The notes beneath the pieces are model-generated. The model had not been told where the DNA came from. It searched no databases and saw only the letters and a list, made by a program, of their open reading frames with translations. 64,000 nucleotides of DNA, taken from assembly GCA_963754715.1 (NCBI GenBank), contig CAVWHA010000010.1:39045-103044 (forward strand). Direction: 5' to 3'. A program made the position numbers and the translations under genes. Below, one piece after another: positions 49,024-57,792 of the stretch (the stretch's first letter is position 1; each line of letters starts with the position of its first letter). Origin of the DNA: an uncultured Actinomycetes bacterium. GTDB taxonomy: Bacteria; Actinomycetota; Thermoleophilia; Gaiellales; Gaiellaceae.

Positions 49024-50470
49024 ATGGTTGCTTCAACAGGACGCAAATGGCTCGCACTGGCGCTTCTCGCCTCGGTGCAGTTCATGGTCGTGCTGGACAT
49101 CGCGGTCGTGAACGTCGCGCTGCCGTCGATCCAGGTCGACCTCGGGTTCTCGCAGGAGAACCTCCAGTGGGTGATCAGCGCCTACGCACTCTTCTTCGGC
49201 GGCTTCCTGCTCCTTGGAGGACGCGCGGCCGACCTGCTCGGCACGGCGGCGCATCTTCCTGGCGGGGCTCGTCGTCTTCACGATCGCCTCGCTCCTCGCC
49301 GGGCTGGCCTGGAGCGAGACCTCGCTCATCGTCGCCCGCGCGCTGCAGGGGCTCGGCGCGGCGATCATCTCCCCCGCCGCACTCTCGATCCTCATGACCA
49401 CCTTCTCGGAAGGGAAGGAGCGGAACACGGCCCTCGGCGTCTGGGGCGCCGTCGGAGCGTTCGGAGCCGTCGCCGGCGTCCTGCTCGGCGGGATCTTCAC
49501 CGACCTGCTCAGCTGGGAGTGGATCTTCTTCGTGAACGTCCCGGTCGGCGCGCTGGCGTTCGCGCTGACGCCGCGGCTGCTTCGCGAGAGCCGTGACGAG
49601 GACGCCCGCAGCTTCGACGTCCCGGGAGCCGTGCTCGTCACGAGCGGGCTCGTGGCGCTCGTCTACGCGATCACGCAGGCGAACGACTACGGCTGGGGCT
49701 CGATCGAGACGATCGGCCTCTTCTCCCTGGCAGGCGCGCTCCTCGCGGGCTTCGTCGCCTGGGAGGCCCGTGCCAGCCAGCCGCTGATGCCGTTCTCCAT
49801 CTTCCGGCTCCAGACCCTGGTCGGCGCCAACGTAGCCGGGCTGATCCTCGGAACGTCGCTCTTCGCCATGTTCCTGATGCTGACGCTGTACATGCAGCAG
49901 GTGCTGGGCTACTCGCCGCTGCGGACAGGCGTCGGCTACCTGGCGGTGGCGGGCACCGCGATCGTCTGGTCGGCCGTCGCCGCCCAGCTCGTGACGCGCG
50001 TCGGCGTCAAGCCGGTGCTGGTCGCCGGAATGACGCTGATGACCGCCGGGCTTCTGTACTTCACGCAGGTCGACGTCGGTGGCTCGTATCTGACCGACCT
50101 CCTGCCCGGCTTCCTGCTGATCTCGATCGGCATGGGCTTCTCGTTCGTCCCGATCTCGATCGCGGCGCTCGCCGGAGTGAAGGACTCGGAGGCCGGACTC
50201 GCTTCGGGCCTGATCAACACGTCGCAGCAGATCGGCGGCGCGCTCGGCATCGCGGCGCTGTCGGCGGTCGCCACGTCGACCACGGACAACGCGGTGGCGA
50301 GCGGAACCGCGCTGCCGATCGCTCTGACCGACGGCTTCGAGGCGGCGTTCGTCGGCGGAGCGATCGTGGCCGCCATCGGCGTGGTCGCCTCGCTCGTCCT
50401 CATCCGAGGCCGTGACCTCGTGCAGGAAGCGCCTGTCGAGGCCTCTCCCGCCTTCGATCTGGCCGGCTAG
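49024..50470 (+). CDS. MFS drug:H+ antiporter (DHA2/EmrB-QacA type, 14 TMS); extra base as assembled at ~49243
   Basis: 'LASVQFMVVLDIAVVNVALPSIQVDLGFS...WVISAYALFFGGFLLLGGRAADLLG' in frame 1 continues as 'RRRIFLAGLVVFTIASLLAGLAWS...' in ORF 49214-50470. Confidence 0.85.
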
Positions 50471-50474
50471 CCGC

Positions 50475-51275
50475 CTACCGTCCAAACGGGTACTGCTTGC
50501 GCGCAAGCGCAGGCAGTACCTGGGCGGTGACGATCGCCGGAGTGACCGCGTAGCGCCTGCTGTAGCGGTAGCTCCCGTCCTTTCGCTTGAGCGACGCGAG
50601 AAAGGCGAACGCGGCTCTCGGGGGTCGCGCACCGGCGGCGAGGTAGGCCTGGATCGCCCACGCCGTCGACTGGGCGTCGGGCTCCCGGCCCGTAACGAGG
50701 CGAACACCGCCGTTCCGCGCCGTCAGTCCGCGGATGAACGTGAGGCCGCGGCTGATCGGGCGCCCTCGCACCCCACTCCAGCGAAGCGCCTGGACTGCCG
50801 CCGCGGTGTCGTTCGAGTCGGGTGCGCCGTTCGGCGTCCACGACCAGCCGCCTGAACGCCGCTGCCGGCGGAGGAGGTAGCGGACCGCCGGCGTCTGTCC
50901 ACGAGGAAGCGCCAGCACGCTCCAGATCGTCGAATTGACGAGCGGGCCGATGCGGCCGTCGCGGCGGCGCTGCCGTTTCAGCCGGTCGACGAACGCCGCG
51001 GGATTCTCGCCGAGTGCCCGCAGAGCCAGGACCCGAAGGGCGAGGTCGGTGGTGTCGACGATCGGCGCCTCCCGCAGATACGCGGCCGCGGGACGGCTCG
51101 GAGCCCGACCAGAGGCGGCCAGGCCCAGCACCGCCCAGGAGCTGAGCGCGGGGTCGGCTCGCGCGCCCGGCTCGGCGAAGCCTCCGTCAGGCTGCTGGCG
51201 CGCTGCGACGAAGTCGCCCGGCGTGGCGACTCCAATCGCAAGAGCCCCGGCGACCGCAAGCGCTTTCAGGCCCAT
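50475..51275 (-). CDS. prenyltransferase/squalene-oxidase-repeat (alpha/alpha-toroid) protein, probably exported; last gene of the B12-riboswitch operon
   Basis: Repeated 'Q.(P)DGGF/W' units: 'QQPDGGFAEPG...SSWAVLGL', 'RRDGRIGPLVNSTIWSVLAL', 'RRSGGWSW...NDTAAAVQAL', 'ARNGGVRL...QSTAWAIQAY', 'RKDGSYRY'. N-terminal hydrophobic segment. ATG overlaps the S-component stop. Confidence 0.7.
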   Translation of the reverse strand: MGLKALAVAGALAIGVATPGDFVAARQQPDGGFAEPGARADPALSSWAVLGLAASGRAPSRPAAAYLREAPIVDTTDLALRVLALRALGENPAAFVDRLKRQRRRDGRIGPLVNSTIWSVLALPRGQTPAVRYLLRRQRRSGGWSWTPNGAPDSNDTAAAVQALRWSGVRGRPISRGLTFIRGLTARNGGVRLVTGREPDAQSTAWAIQAYLAAGARPPRAAFAFLASLKRKDGSYRYSRRYAVTPAIVTAQVLPALARKQYPFGR

Positions 51276-51940
51276 GCGACCTCCACGCGCAGCCTCCGGC
51301 CGTAGCGCTCGAGGAGCCTTCTAAGCTCGGGGCCGATCACCAGCGCGAAGACGACGTTGCCGACCGCGTGGGCGGCGCTGAACCAGACGCCCTGGGCGTA
51401 GACGAGGGTGAGCGCCTCCCAGGTATGCGGCCAGAAGCTGTACCAGTGCCAGAGATCCATCGCGCTGCTGAATGCGAAGCCGAGCGCGAAGCAGAGAGCC
51501 GCGAAGGCCCAGCGGCGCCGGATCAGGCGGGCGGCGAGGGCGCCGGCGACGCCGCAACCGCCCCAGGCGAGCATCTGCCAGGGCGTCCAGATTCCCTGAC
51601 CGAGGTAGAAGTTCGAGACGAGCGCTGCGACCGCGCCGACGGCGAACCCGACGCGTGCGCCGAGTGCGGCGCCGGCCGCGACGACGACGACGGTCACCGG
51701 CTGCACGCCCGGGACGGCGGCGAAGAGCACCCTCCCCGCGGCTGCGACGCCGCCGAGCACCGCCACGAGCGCGACCTCCTTCGCGGAGCCCGGGCCGTCC
51801 TCGAGCCAGACGAACCCGGAGACCACGAGGGCCAGAGCGACAAGGAGGAGCGAGAGCCCGGCGTCCCTCGGCGACAGCGCCGCCCACGCGCCTCCGGCGA
51901 AGGCAATTGAGGCACCGAACAGAAGCGGAGTTCTAGGCAT
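51266..51940 (-). CDS. ECF transporter substrate-capture (S) component
   Basis: 224 aa with 6 TM segments. ATG 51940 overlaps the EcfA stop (GCATGCCTAG). The longer ORF-track N-terminus is an out-of-frame overlap and was trimmed. Confidence 0.7.
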   Translation of the reverse strand: MPRTPLLFGASIAFAGGAWAALSPRDAGLSLLLVALALVVSGFVWLEDGPGSAKEVALVAVLGGVAAAGRVLFAAVPGVQPVTVVVVAAGAALGARVGFAVGAVAALVSNFYLGQGIWTPWQMLAWGGCGVAGALAARLIRRRWAFAALCFALGFAFSSAMDLWHWYSFWPHTWEALTLVYAQGVWFSAAHAVGNVVFALVIGPELRRLLERYGRRLRVEVAWA

Positions 51941-53282
51941 GCACGGCTTCCCGCACCGGCGTCGAGCTGACGATCCGGTCGGCGACGTCGGCGGCGAAGA
52001 CGAGGTCGTGCGTGACGACGAGCGTCCCCCGCCGCTCGGCCTGCGAGCGAAGGAGCGCGGCGAGTTCGAGCTTGCGCTCCGGGTCCACCCCGCGCGTCGG
52101 CTCGTCGAGGACGAGCAGGTCCGGGTCGGTGACGAGGACTGCGGCGAGGGCGAGTCGCTCCCGCTCGCCGCTCGAAAGGTCGCGCGGGTGGCGCGCCTCG
52201 AATCCTTGAAGGTCGACGAGCCCGAGGGCTGCACGGGCCCGCTCGAGCTCGCCGCCCACTCCCAGCGCGACCTCCTCGTCGACCCGCTCGGCGACGACGT
52301 AGCGTCCCGGGTCCTGGCTGAGGTACGACGCGCGCCCCTCCCGCCGGACGGCTCCGCTCGACGGCTCCAGCAACCCCGCTGCGAGCTTCGCCAGAGTCGT
52401 CTTGCCCGAGCCGTTGTCGCCGATCAGAGCCACGACCTCACCACGTCGAATCTCGAGGTCGGGCACCTCGACGATCCGCTCTCCGTAGGCGTACGACGCC
52501 CCCGTTAAACGGCAAGCGACGAGGCCGTCGGGCTCGGCGTCGCTTACGAAGCCCGGCTCATGGGCGAGGAAGGTCGGCCGTTCCGCGGCGAGCCAGCGCA
52601 AGCCCTCTTCCCGCCCGGCGTCGAGCACGATTCGGCCGCCCTCGAGGAAGACGACGCGGTCACAGCGCTCGAGCGGCCGCGCAGGACGCTGCTCCGAGAC
52701 GACGACGGCGCAGTCCAGCTCCGTCGCAAGGTCGAGCAGCGCTTCGGCCGCCTCGGGGTCCAGCTGCGACGTCGGCTCGTCGAGGAGCAAGAGCTGCGGC
52801 CGCAGGGCCAGTGCCGATGCGACGCAGACCCGCTGGAGCTCACCGGCCGACAGCTCGTGCGTGCGGCGCCCGGCGAGGTGTTCGGCCCCCAGGGCGGTGA
52901 GAGCATCGAGCGCGCGGCCCCGGATCTCGTTCGACGCGACGCCGAGGTTCTCGAGCCCGAAAGCAACCTCGTGCTCGACGATGGTGAAGACGACCTGGTC
53001 CTCCGGGTCCTGGAAGACGCTGGCGACGGTTCCGGCCAGGTCCGCCGGACGGGCCACTCGGGTGTCGCGGCCGGCAAGCTCCACCCGCCCGGCGAACCAG
53101 CCGCCGTGGAAATGCGGCACGAGTCCGGCGAGGGCCCGCAGCAGCGTCGACTTGCCGGATCCCGACGATCCCAGCAGGCAGACGAGCTCGCCGGCCTGAA
53201 TCTCGAGGGACAGTCCCTCCACCGCCGGCCTGGCACCCTCCGGGTACTTGTAGGTGAGGTCTTCGACCCGCGCTAGAGCCAT
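51933..53282 (-). CDS. ECF transporter ATPase, fused EcfA-EcfA' (two ABC domains)
   Basis: Walker A 'GSSGSGKST' and 'GDNGSGKTT'; signatures 'LSAGELQR' and 'LSSGERER'; Walker B 'LLLLDEPTSQLD' and 'LLVLDEPTRGVD'. ATG 53282. Confidence 0.9.
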   Translation of the reverse strand: MALARVEDLTYKYPEGARPAVEGLSLEIQAGELVCLLGSSGSGKSTLLRALAGLVPHFHGGWFAGRVELAGRDTRVARPADLAGTVASVFQDPEDQVVFTIVEHEVAFGLENLGVASNEIRGRALDALTALGAEHLAGRRTHELSAGELQRVCVASALALRPQLLLLDEPTSQLDPEAAEALLDLATELDCAVVVSEQRPARPLERCDRVVFLEGGRIVLDAGREEGLRWLAAERPTFLAHEPGFVSDAEPDGLVACRLTGASYAYGERIVEVPDLEIRRGEVVALIGDNGSGKTTLAKLAAGLLEPSSGAVRREGRASYLSQDPGRYVVAERVDEEVALGVGGELERARAALGLVDLQGFEARHPRDLSSGERERLALAAVLVTDPDLLVLDEPTRGVDPERKLELAALLRSQAERRGTLVVTHDLVFAADVADRIVSSTPVREAVHA

Positions 53283-53971
53283 AACGCTCCCAAGAGGACG
53301 GCGAGGGCTGCGCCGGCAAGGCCCAGGCGATCCAGCGAGCTCCACGCCGGAGCGGGAGCCCTCGTGCGGCCGGGCCGTCCGAACCCACGCGCCTCCATCG
53401 ACTCCGCAAGGTTCAGCGAGCGCTCGAGCGAGCCGGCGACGAGCGGCGAGAGTAGGCGGGCACGGCCGCGGACGCCTTCCACGGCGACGCCGCGTCCCCG
53501 AAGCGCCTCGACGAACCCGGCAGCGTCCCGCTCCAGGGTCGGGACGAGCCGCGTGGCAAGGGCGACGGCAAGCACGGACCTCCGGAGCCGGCCGCCGGCG
53601 AGGAGGAGGCGATCGAGGTCGAGCAGCAGCGCGTAGGCCGCGAAGGCCAGGCCCACTGCGGCCAGGCGAAGGCCCTGGAAAAGCGCCTCCGACAGCTCCT
53701 CGCTCGTGACGTCGAGCCTCCCGATCACCGGGATGGACGGGCCTTCCCAGTAGACGACGCCGCCGTAGCGCGCGACGAGCGGGCTGAAGAGAAAGAGGAC
53801 GAGACCGGAGGCCAGTGTCCCGAAGAGGTACGGCCAGCGCCGTCGGCGTGGCGCGCGGAGGCAGAGAAGGAGCAAGCCCGTGACGATCACGGCCACGGAG
53901 ATCGTTCGGTCGGCGAGCAGCGCGGCAGCGGCAAGGCCCGCGAGCAGAGCAGCCGCGGGAACCGGGCTCAA
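53273..53971 (-). CDS. ECF transporter transmembrane (T) component (EcfT/CbiQ family)
   Basis: 'ALATRLVPTLERDAAGFVEALRGRG' is the typical EcfT coupling-helix region; 5 TM segments. TTG 53971 overlaps the upstream TGA. The N-terminal 250 codons of the ORF track are an out-of-frame overlap. Confidence 0.75.
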   Translation of the reverse strand: MSPVPAAALLAGLAAAALLADRTISVAVIVTGLLLLCLRAPRRRRWPYLFGTLASGLVLFLFSPLVARYGGVVYWEGPSIPVIGRLDVTSEELSEALFQGLRLAAVGLAFAAYALLLDLDRLLLAGGRLRRSVLAVALATRLVPTLERDAAGFVEALRGRGVAVEGVRGRARLLSPLVAGSLERSLNLAESMEARGFGRPGRTRAPAPAWSSLDRLGLAGAALAVLLGALWL

Positions 53972-54645
53972 GGCAGACCCTCGTACCGGTAGCGGGCCAG
54001 CCCCGGATCGTCGGCCAGTCGCCTGGCGTCTTCCCGACCGAGCTCGAAGACGACCGGATCGCCCGGAGCGCCCGACAGCCGGGCGCGGAAGCCCGTGCCG
54101 TCGACGATGTCGATCCGGTTGGCCCCGCGCTGGTCCTTGTTCAGCGTGCCGCCGACGAGCTTCGCGATCTTCCTGGAGGTCGCATCGTCCGGCCCGCGCA
54201 CGACGGCGGGGCGTGTCTTCCCGCCGAACCCGTGCAGGAACGGCTCGGGAAAGGCGCCGACCACCACGGGCCGGCGCTGCTGCTGCGCCCAGGAACGGTG
54301 GTCCCACCAGAGGACGTCCCCGTCGCGAAGCCGGTAGTCGGCGGCACTGAGGTCGGCCCAGTAGCCGTTCACGAAGTAGAACCAGTCGCGATGTCCCTCG
54401 ATGTCGCCCTCGACGCCGCCGATCGACTGGACGAAGCGGCCGCCGTATCGCGTCTCGACTTCGGCCTTGCGGCGGAGCGCCTCCATCGCGGAGATCCCGG
54501 CGGGGACGGTCGTGTTCAGCACCAGCTGGGAGCCCCGGTCGCGGGTGATCCAGAGCTGTGCGGTCCCGTCGCCGGACGCCTCCTCCCCGCACCCTGCAAG
54601 AGTGCAGAGCGCGAGGAGAAGGATTGCGATCCGGCGGAGAGTCAC
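53968..54645 (-). CDS. DUF4430-domain lipoprotein (transcobalamin beta-domain-like)
   Basis: Lipobox 'LCTLAGC'. DUF4430 signature: 'AQLWITRD.G......TVPAGISAMEALRR...VETRYGGRFVQSIGGVEG......DWFYFVNGYWADLSAADYRLRDGDVLWW'. Confidence 0.8.
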   Translation of the reverse strand: MTLRRIAILLLALCTLAGCGEEASGDGTAQLWITRDRGSQLVLNTTVPAGISAMEALRRKAEVETRYGGRFVQSIGGVEGDIEGHRDWFYFVNGYWADLSAADYRLRDGDVLWWDHRSWAQQQRRPVVVGAFPEPFLHGFGGKTRPAVVRGPDDATSRKIAKLVGGTLNKDQRGANRIDIVDGTGFRARLSGAPGDPVVFELGREDARRLADDPGLARYRYEGLP

Positions 54646-55238
54646 CGCAGGGCGTTCGAGCGCACCGCGCCGGCCAGCGTGGCCCGGACGGTTCCGGTGT
54701 GACGACCGACGCAGGCACGGCCCGCACGAGTCCGAACCCGACGCCCGTCGACGTTGAGCAGCGCCCCTGCCGCGGGCGTGTCGACGCCCTGGTCGTTCTC
54801 GGAGACCGCCCAGTAGCAGTTGCGCCCGGTCCGGGTCAGGAGCAGGGTCGGCGGCCCGCCGGCCGGGCCGAAGGTCGCCCAGTACCAGAGCACGCGGTCT
54901 CCGTCCCTGAGGACGTACTGGTCGGATCCCACCGGCGGCGAGATGCCGTTGACCTTGTACGTCCAGCCGTTCGTGCCGCCGGCCGGGAACCGGCCGATCT
55001 GGTCGACGTATGGGCCGAACGACGACTGGGTGACGTGGTAGTAGAACTCGCCGCGCAGGCTGGCGGCGTCAAGCGCCTGCATCGCGTTCGGGCCCGCCTC
55101 GAACCGGGTCTCGAGCGCGCCGAAGAGCGACAGCGTCCTTCCTTCGACTCGAACGGACACCCGTGCTGCGAGCGCAGCCGGGACGAGCAGAGCCGCGACC
55201 GCGACAAGCGCCGCGAGGGTCACGAGGGGTTTACGCAC
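54642..55238 (-). CDS. DUF4430-domain secreted protein
   Basis: GTG 55238 lies 6 nt after GAAGGAGGA. Signal peptide 'VRKPLVTLAALVAVAALLVPAALA'. 'VSVRVEG.....NAMQALDAA......FGPYVDQIGRF.AGGTNGWTYKVNG....GSDQYVLRDGDRVLWYW'. Confidence 0.8.
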   Translation of the reverse strand: MRKPLVTLAALVAVAALLVPAALAARVSVRVEGRTLSLFGALETRFEAGPNAMQALDAASLRGEFYYHVTQSSFGPYVDQIGRFPAGGTNGWTYKVNGISPPVGSDQYVLRDGDRVLWYWATFGPAGGPPTLLLTRTGRNCYWAVSENDQGVDTPAAGALLNVDGRRVRTRAGRACVGRHTGTVRATLAGAVRSNALR

Positions 55239-55261
55239 GAATCCTCCTTCCGCGAGGGGTT

Positions 55262-55432
55262 CTGAGTGCCAGGCGGGCGGCAGGTCTTCTGACTCGGGGC
55301 GCCCTCCCTCACCGCCTTCCCGGCCCGCGGGCCAGTGGCAGTTCGGCGTGGGAGCGTCTCCCCTCACAGCGGCGGGACCGTCCCGGACTTGCACCGGGTT
55401 CCCTCTCCGCTCGCCTTTGGTTGTCGCCCCTA
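55262..55432 (-). promoter_or_regulatory. cobalamin (AdoCbl/B12) riboswitch
   Basis: Minus strand reads ...AGGCGAGCGG-AGAGGGAACCCGGUGCAAGUCCGGGACGGUCCCGCCGCUGUGAGGGG...UGCCACUGGCCCGCGGGCCGGGAAGGCGG...GAGUCAGAAGACCUGCC-GCCCGCCU. It has the conserved core, the GCCACUG motif (55339-55333) and the B12 box (55295-55279). P1 pairs about 55416-55407 with 55280-55271. Confidence 0.9.
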
Positions 55433-55444
55433 GTATGCCCCTCC

Positions 55445-55810
55445 GTGCAGGCGACCGTCCGGCGTTGGGGTCCCGTCGTCGCCTGGGCGGCGCTGATCTT
55501 CGCGCTCTCCTCGATCCCCGGGCTCGGAACCGGCCTGGGCACCTGGGACGTGATCCTGCGGAAGATCGCCCACGCGGCGGAGTACGCGATTCTCGCAGCG
55601 CTGCTCGTCCGGGCTCTCCGCAACCCGGGCTGGGCCGTCGTGCTGACGATTGCCTACTCGATCTCGGACGAAGTGCACCAGTCGTTCGTCTCCGGCCGCC
55701 ACGGCGCTCCGCTCGATGTCGGCATCGACACGATCGGCGCCGTAGTTGGCGCTGTGCTCGCCGTCCGGATCATCCGTAAGAGGGACGAGCTATCCGACCT
55801 GCATGGGTAG
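55445..55810 (+). CDS. VanZ-like family membrane protein
   Basis: 'WAALIFALSSIPG....DVILRKIAHAAEYAILAALL....AYSISDEVHQSFVSGRHGAPLDVGIDTIGAVVGA'. GTG at 55445. Confidence 0.75.
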   Translation: MQATVRRWGPVVAWAALIFALSSIPGLGTGLGTWDVILRKIAHAAEYAILAALLVRALRNPGWAVVLTIAYSISDEVHQSFVSGRHGAPLDVGIDTIGAVVGAVLAVRIIRKRDELSDLHG

Positions 55811-56045
55811 ATTTGGGGTTGTGGAGTCACCCAAAGACGTTGGAGATCGCCAGCTCGACGCACTGCTCGAGCGCCTCGATCGCCTAACCGCCGAAGTGCA
55901 GGGCCTGAATCGGCGGCTTGACAGCGGCGAGAACCTCGCTCCGGTCGTGCGCGAGCTCGCGTTGCTCAACGATTCGCTACAGACGCTCGCCTATGCGGCA
56001 CTCGGCCAGTCCGGCCCGCAGGTGCAGCGCCGCCGCGCCGGCTAG
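55803..56045 (+). CDS. small coiled-coil protein (hypothetical)
   Basis: 80 aa from ATG 55803 (overlapping the VanZ stop); 'LDALLERLDRLTAEVQGLNRRLD'. Confidence 0.4.
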   Translation: MGRFGVVESPKDVGDRQLDALLERLDRLTAEVQGLNRRLDSGENLAPVVRELALLNDSLQTLAYAALGQSGPQVQRRRAG

Positions 56046-57124
56046 CCGCTCGCCAACCGCCAGAGCCGGCCGTTGAGCGTGACGGCGTAGAGCTCGCCAC
56101 CCCCGTCTTCGCCGAACGACGAGATCCCCGGCAGCGAGAAGCTCTCCTTGCGGCCGCCTCGAGCCCGCCCGCCGACGACGCGCAACGTCCAGATCGCCCC
56201 GCTGCAGTTGTCGCCGTAGAAGTACCGGCCCTTCGCGGCTGCCACGGCGCTACCGCGGTAGACGAAGCCTCCGCTCACCGCGCACTCGTCGCCGCCGAGG
56301 GAGTACACCGCGATCGGGAAGACGAGATGCCCGCGCGGGTTCGGAGCCTTGCGCTCGTGGCGGGCACGGCCCTCGTAGACATCCCAGCCGTAGTTTTCGA
56401 GCCCGGGACTCCCGCGCCGCGTGAAGTCCACTTCCTCCCAGTCGTTCTGGCCCACGTCCCCGATGTACAGGTCCCCCGTCTGCCGGTCGAACGAGAAGCG
56501 CCAGGGGTTGCGGAGGCCGTAACCGACGATCTGCGGGCGGGCGCCGCGCCGGTCGACGTTGATCGCGAGCAGCTTGCCGAGCCGGCTGCCGAGGTTCTGC
56601 GCTCGATCCTCCGGATCTCCGCCACTTCCGCCGTCGCCCATACCGACGTAGAGGCGACCGTCGGGGCCGAAGGCGAGCTGGCCACCGTTGTGGTTCGAGT
56701 AGGGCTGGTCGACGAAGAGCAGCTGGCGCAGCCGCCGCGTGCCGCGGTACTCGACGACCCGCGTGTCGCCGGAGCGGTCCGTGTAGTTGACGTAGTACTT
56801 CTTGTTCTGCGCCCAGCGAGGGTGGAACGCGACCGAGAGCAACCCCTGCTCGCCGCAGCACGAGATCTGCGAGCGGAGGTTGACCAGCGTCCCCGTGATC
56901 CGGCCGTTCTGGACGATGCGGATCCGGCCGGTCTGCTCGACGACGTAGAGGCGGCCCGCCTGGCCCTTCGGCGCGGAGACATGAACCGGCGAGTCGAGGC
57001 CGGACACGACCTGGACGAACCGGTACCCGGCGGCGGCCGAAGGCGTCCTCTCGGTCACCTGCTGGCCCCCGCAGCCCGCGACCGCCACCGCGAGAGCGGC
57101 CAGCAGCACGACTCGGCCCCCCAT
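56042..57124 (-). CDS. PQQ-dependent sugar dehydrogenase (soluble glucose/sorbosone dehydrogenase family) lipoprotein
   Basis: Lipobox 'AVAVAGC'. 'GLLSVAFHP', 'YSNHNGGQLAFGPDGRLYVGMGDGGSGGDP', 'GLRNPWRFSFD..TGDLYIGDVGQN.WEEV'. ATG 57124 overlaps the trkA TGA (TGATG). The upstream 358 codons of ORF 56042-58198 are an out-of-frame overlap. Confidence 0.85.
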   Translation of the reverse strand: MGGRVVLLAALAVAVAGCGGQQVTERTPSAAAGYRFVQVVSGLDSPVHVSAPKGQAGRLYVVEQTGRIRIVQNGRITGTLVNLRSQISCCGEQGLLSVAFHPRWAQNKKYYVNYTDRSGDTRVVEYRGTRRLRQLLFVDQPYSNHNGGQLAFGPDGRLYVGMGDGGSGGDPEDRAQNLGSRLGKLLAINVDRRGARPQIVGYGLRNPWRFSFDRQTGDLYIGDVGQNDWEEVDFTRRGSPGLENYGWDVYEGRARHERKAPNPRGHLVFPIAVYSLGGDECAVSGGFVYRGSAVAAAKGRYFYGDNCSGAIWTLRVVGGRARGGRKESFSLPGISSFGEDGGGELYAVTLNGRLWRLASG

Positions 57125-57792
57125 CAGTCTCGTTTCCTCAGGAGCACGCGGCGCAGCTCGTCTTCCTTGCCCGGCTCGAGCACGGCCAGCACCTGATCCC
57201 CCGCCCGAAGCTCGGTGTCGCCGTCCGCCATCTGCGCCTGTCCCTCGCGCATCACCGTGATCAAGCGCGAGCCTGCAGGCAGAGCGAGGCGAGAGATTTG
57301 CTTGCCGACCGACGGCGAGCCGACGTCGAGCTGCACCTCGACGATCTCCAGGTTCTCCTTGCGCAGCTCGAGCAGGTGAATCAGGCCGTGCTCGGGCACC
57401 TCGTGCTCGATCATCGCGAGGATGATCGAGGTCGCCGAGATCGTCGGCGAGATCCCGATCAGGTCGAAGAGCGGCTGGTTTCGCGGATCGTTGACGCGGG
57501 CGATGACCTTCTCGACGGAGAAGTGCTCGCGCGCCATCTGGCAGATGACGATGTTGTCCTCGTCGTCGCCCGTGACGGCCACGACCAGGTCTGGGGGCCG
57601 CGCGATGCCTGCTCGCTCGAGGACGAAGAGCTCCGTGGCGTCGCCGAGCTGCGCACGGTGCTCGAACTCCTCCTCGAGGCGCTCGAAGCGGTCGCGCCCC
57701 TGCTCGATCAGCGTCACCTCGTGGCCGAGGTCGAGGACGCTTCGAGCCAGGTTCGCGCCGACCTTGCCACCGCCGGCGATGACGATGTACAC
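57124..57792 (-). CDS. trkA: TrkA-type K+ transport regulatory protein (RCK N + C domains)
   Basis: Rossmann motif 'IVIAGGGKVGANLARSVLDLGHEVTLIE', TrkA-C 'VEVQLDVGSPSVGKQISRLALP'. GTG start. Confidence 0.88.
   Translation of the reverse strand: MYIVIAGGGKVGANLARSVLDLGHEVTLIEQGRDRFERLEEEFEHRAQLGDATELFVLERAGIARPPDLVVAVTGDDEDNIVICQMAREHFSVEKVIARVNDPRNQPLFDLIGISPTISATSIILAMIEHEVPEHGLIHLLELRKENLEIVEVQLDVGSPSVGKQISRLALPAGSRLITVMREGQAQMADGDTELRAGDQVLAVLEPGKEDELRRVLLRKRD

Noticed and set aside
23585-49243. Programmed ribosomal frameshifting or transcriptional slippage as the explanation for the frameshifts.
   Set aside because: The sites show no slippery heptamers (X XXY YYZ), no prfB-like CUU UGA with an upstream SD and no long homopolymers. 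Directions are mixed (+1 and -1), and unrelated gene families are affected.
53972-54727. N-terminal extensions given by the ORF track for EcfT (to 54727), the S-component (to 52234), the sugar dehydrogenase (to 58198), thrS (to 34918) and E2 (to 16306).
   Set aside because: The extensions overlap the upstream genes out of frame and are Arg/Pro-rich. Internal starts with an SD and/or a stop-start overlap give family-typical N-termini such as signal peptides and lipoboxes.
55431-55445. TAGTAT hexamer as a -10 box giving a leaderless VanZ mRNA and, on the other strand (CATACT), the riboswitch promoter.
   Set aside because: It is plausible, but a single 6-mer without a -35 element or TSS data is not enough support, so it is not listed as a feature.
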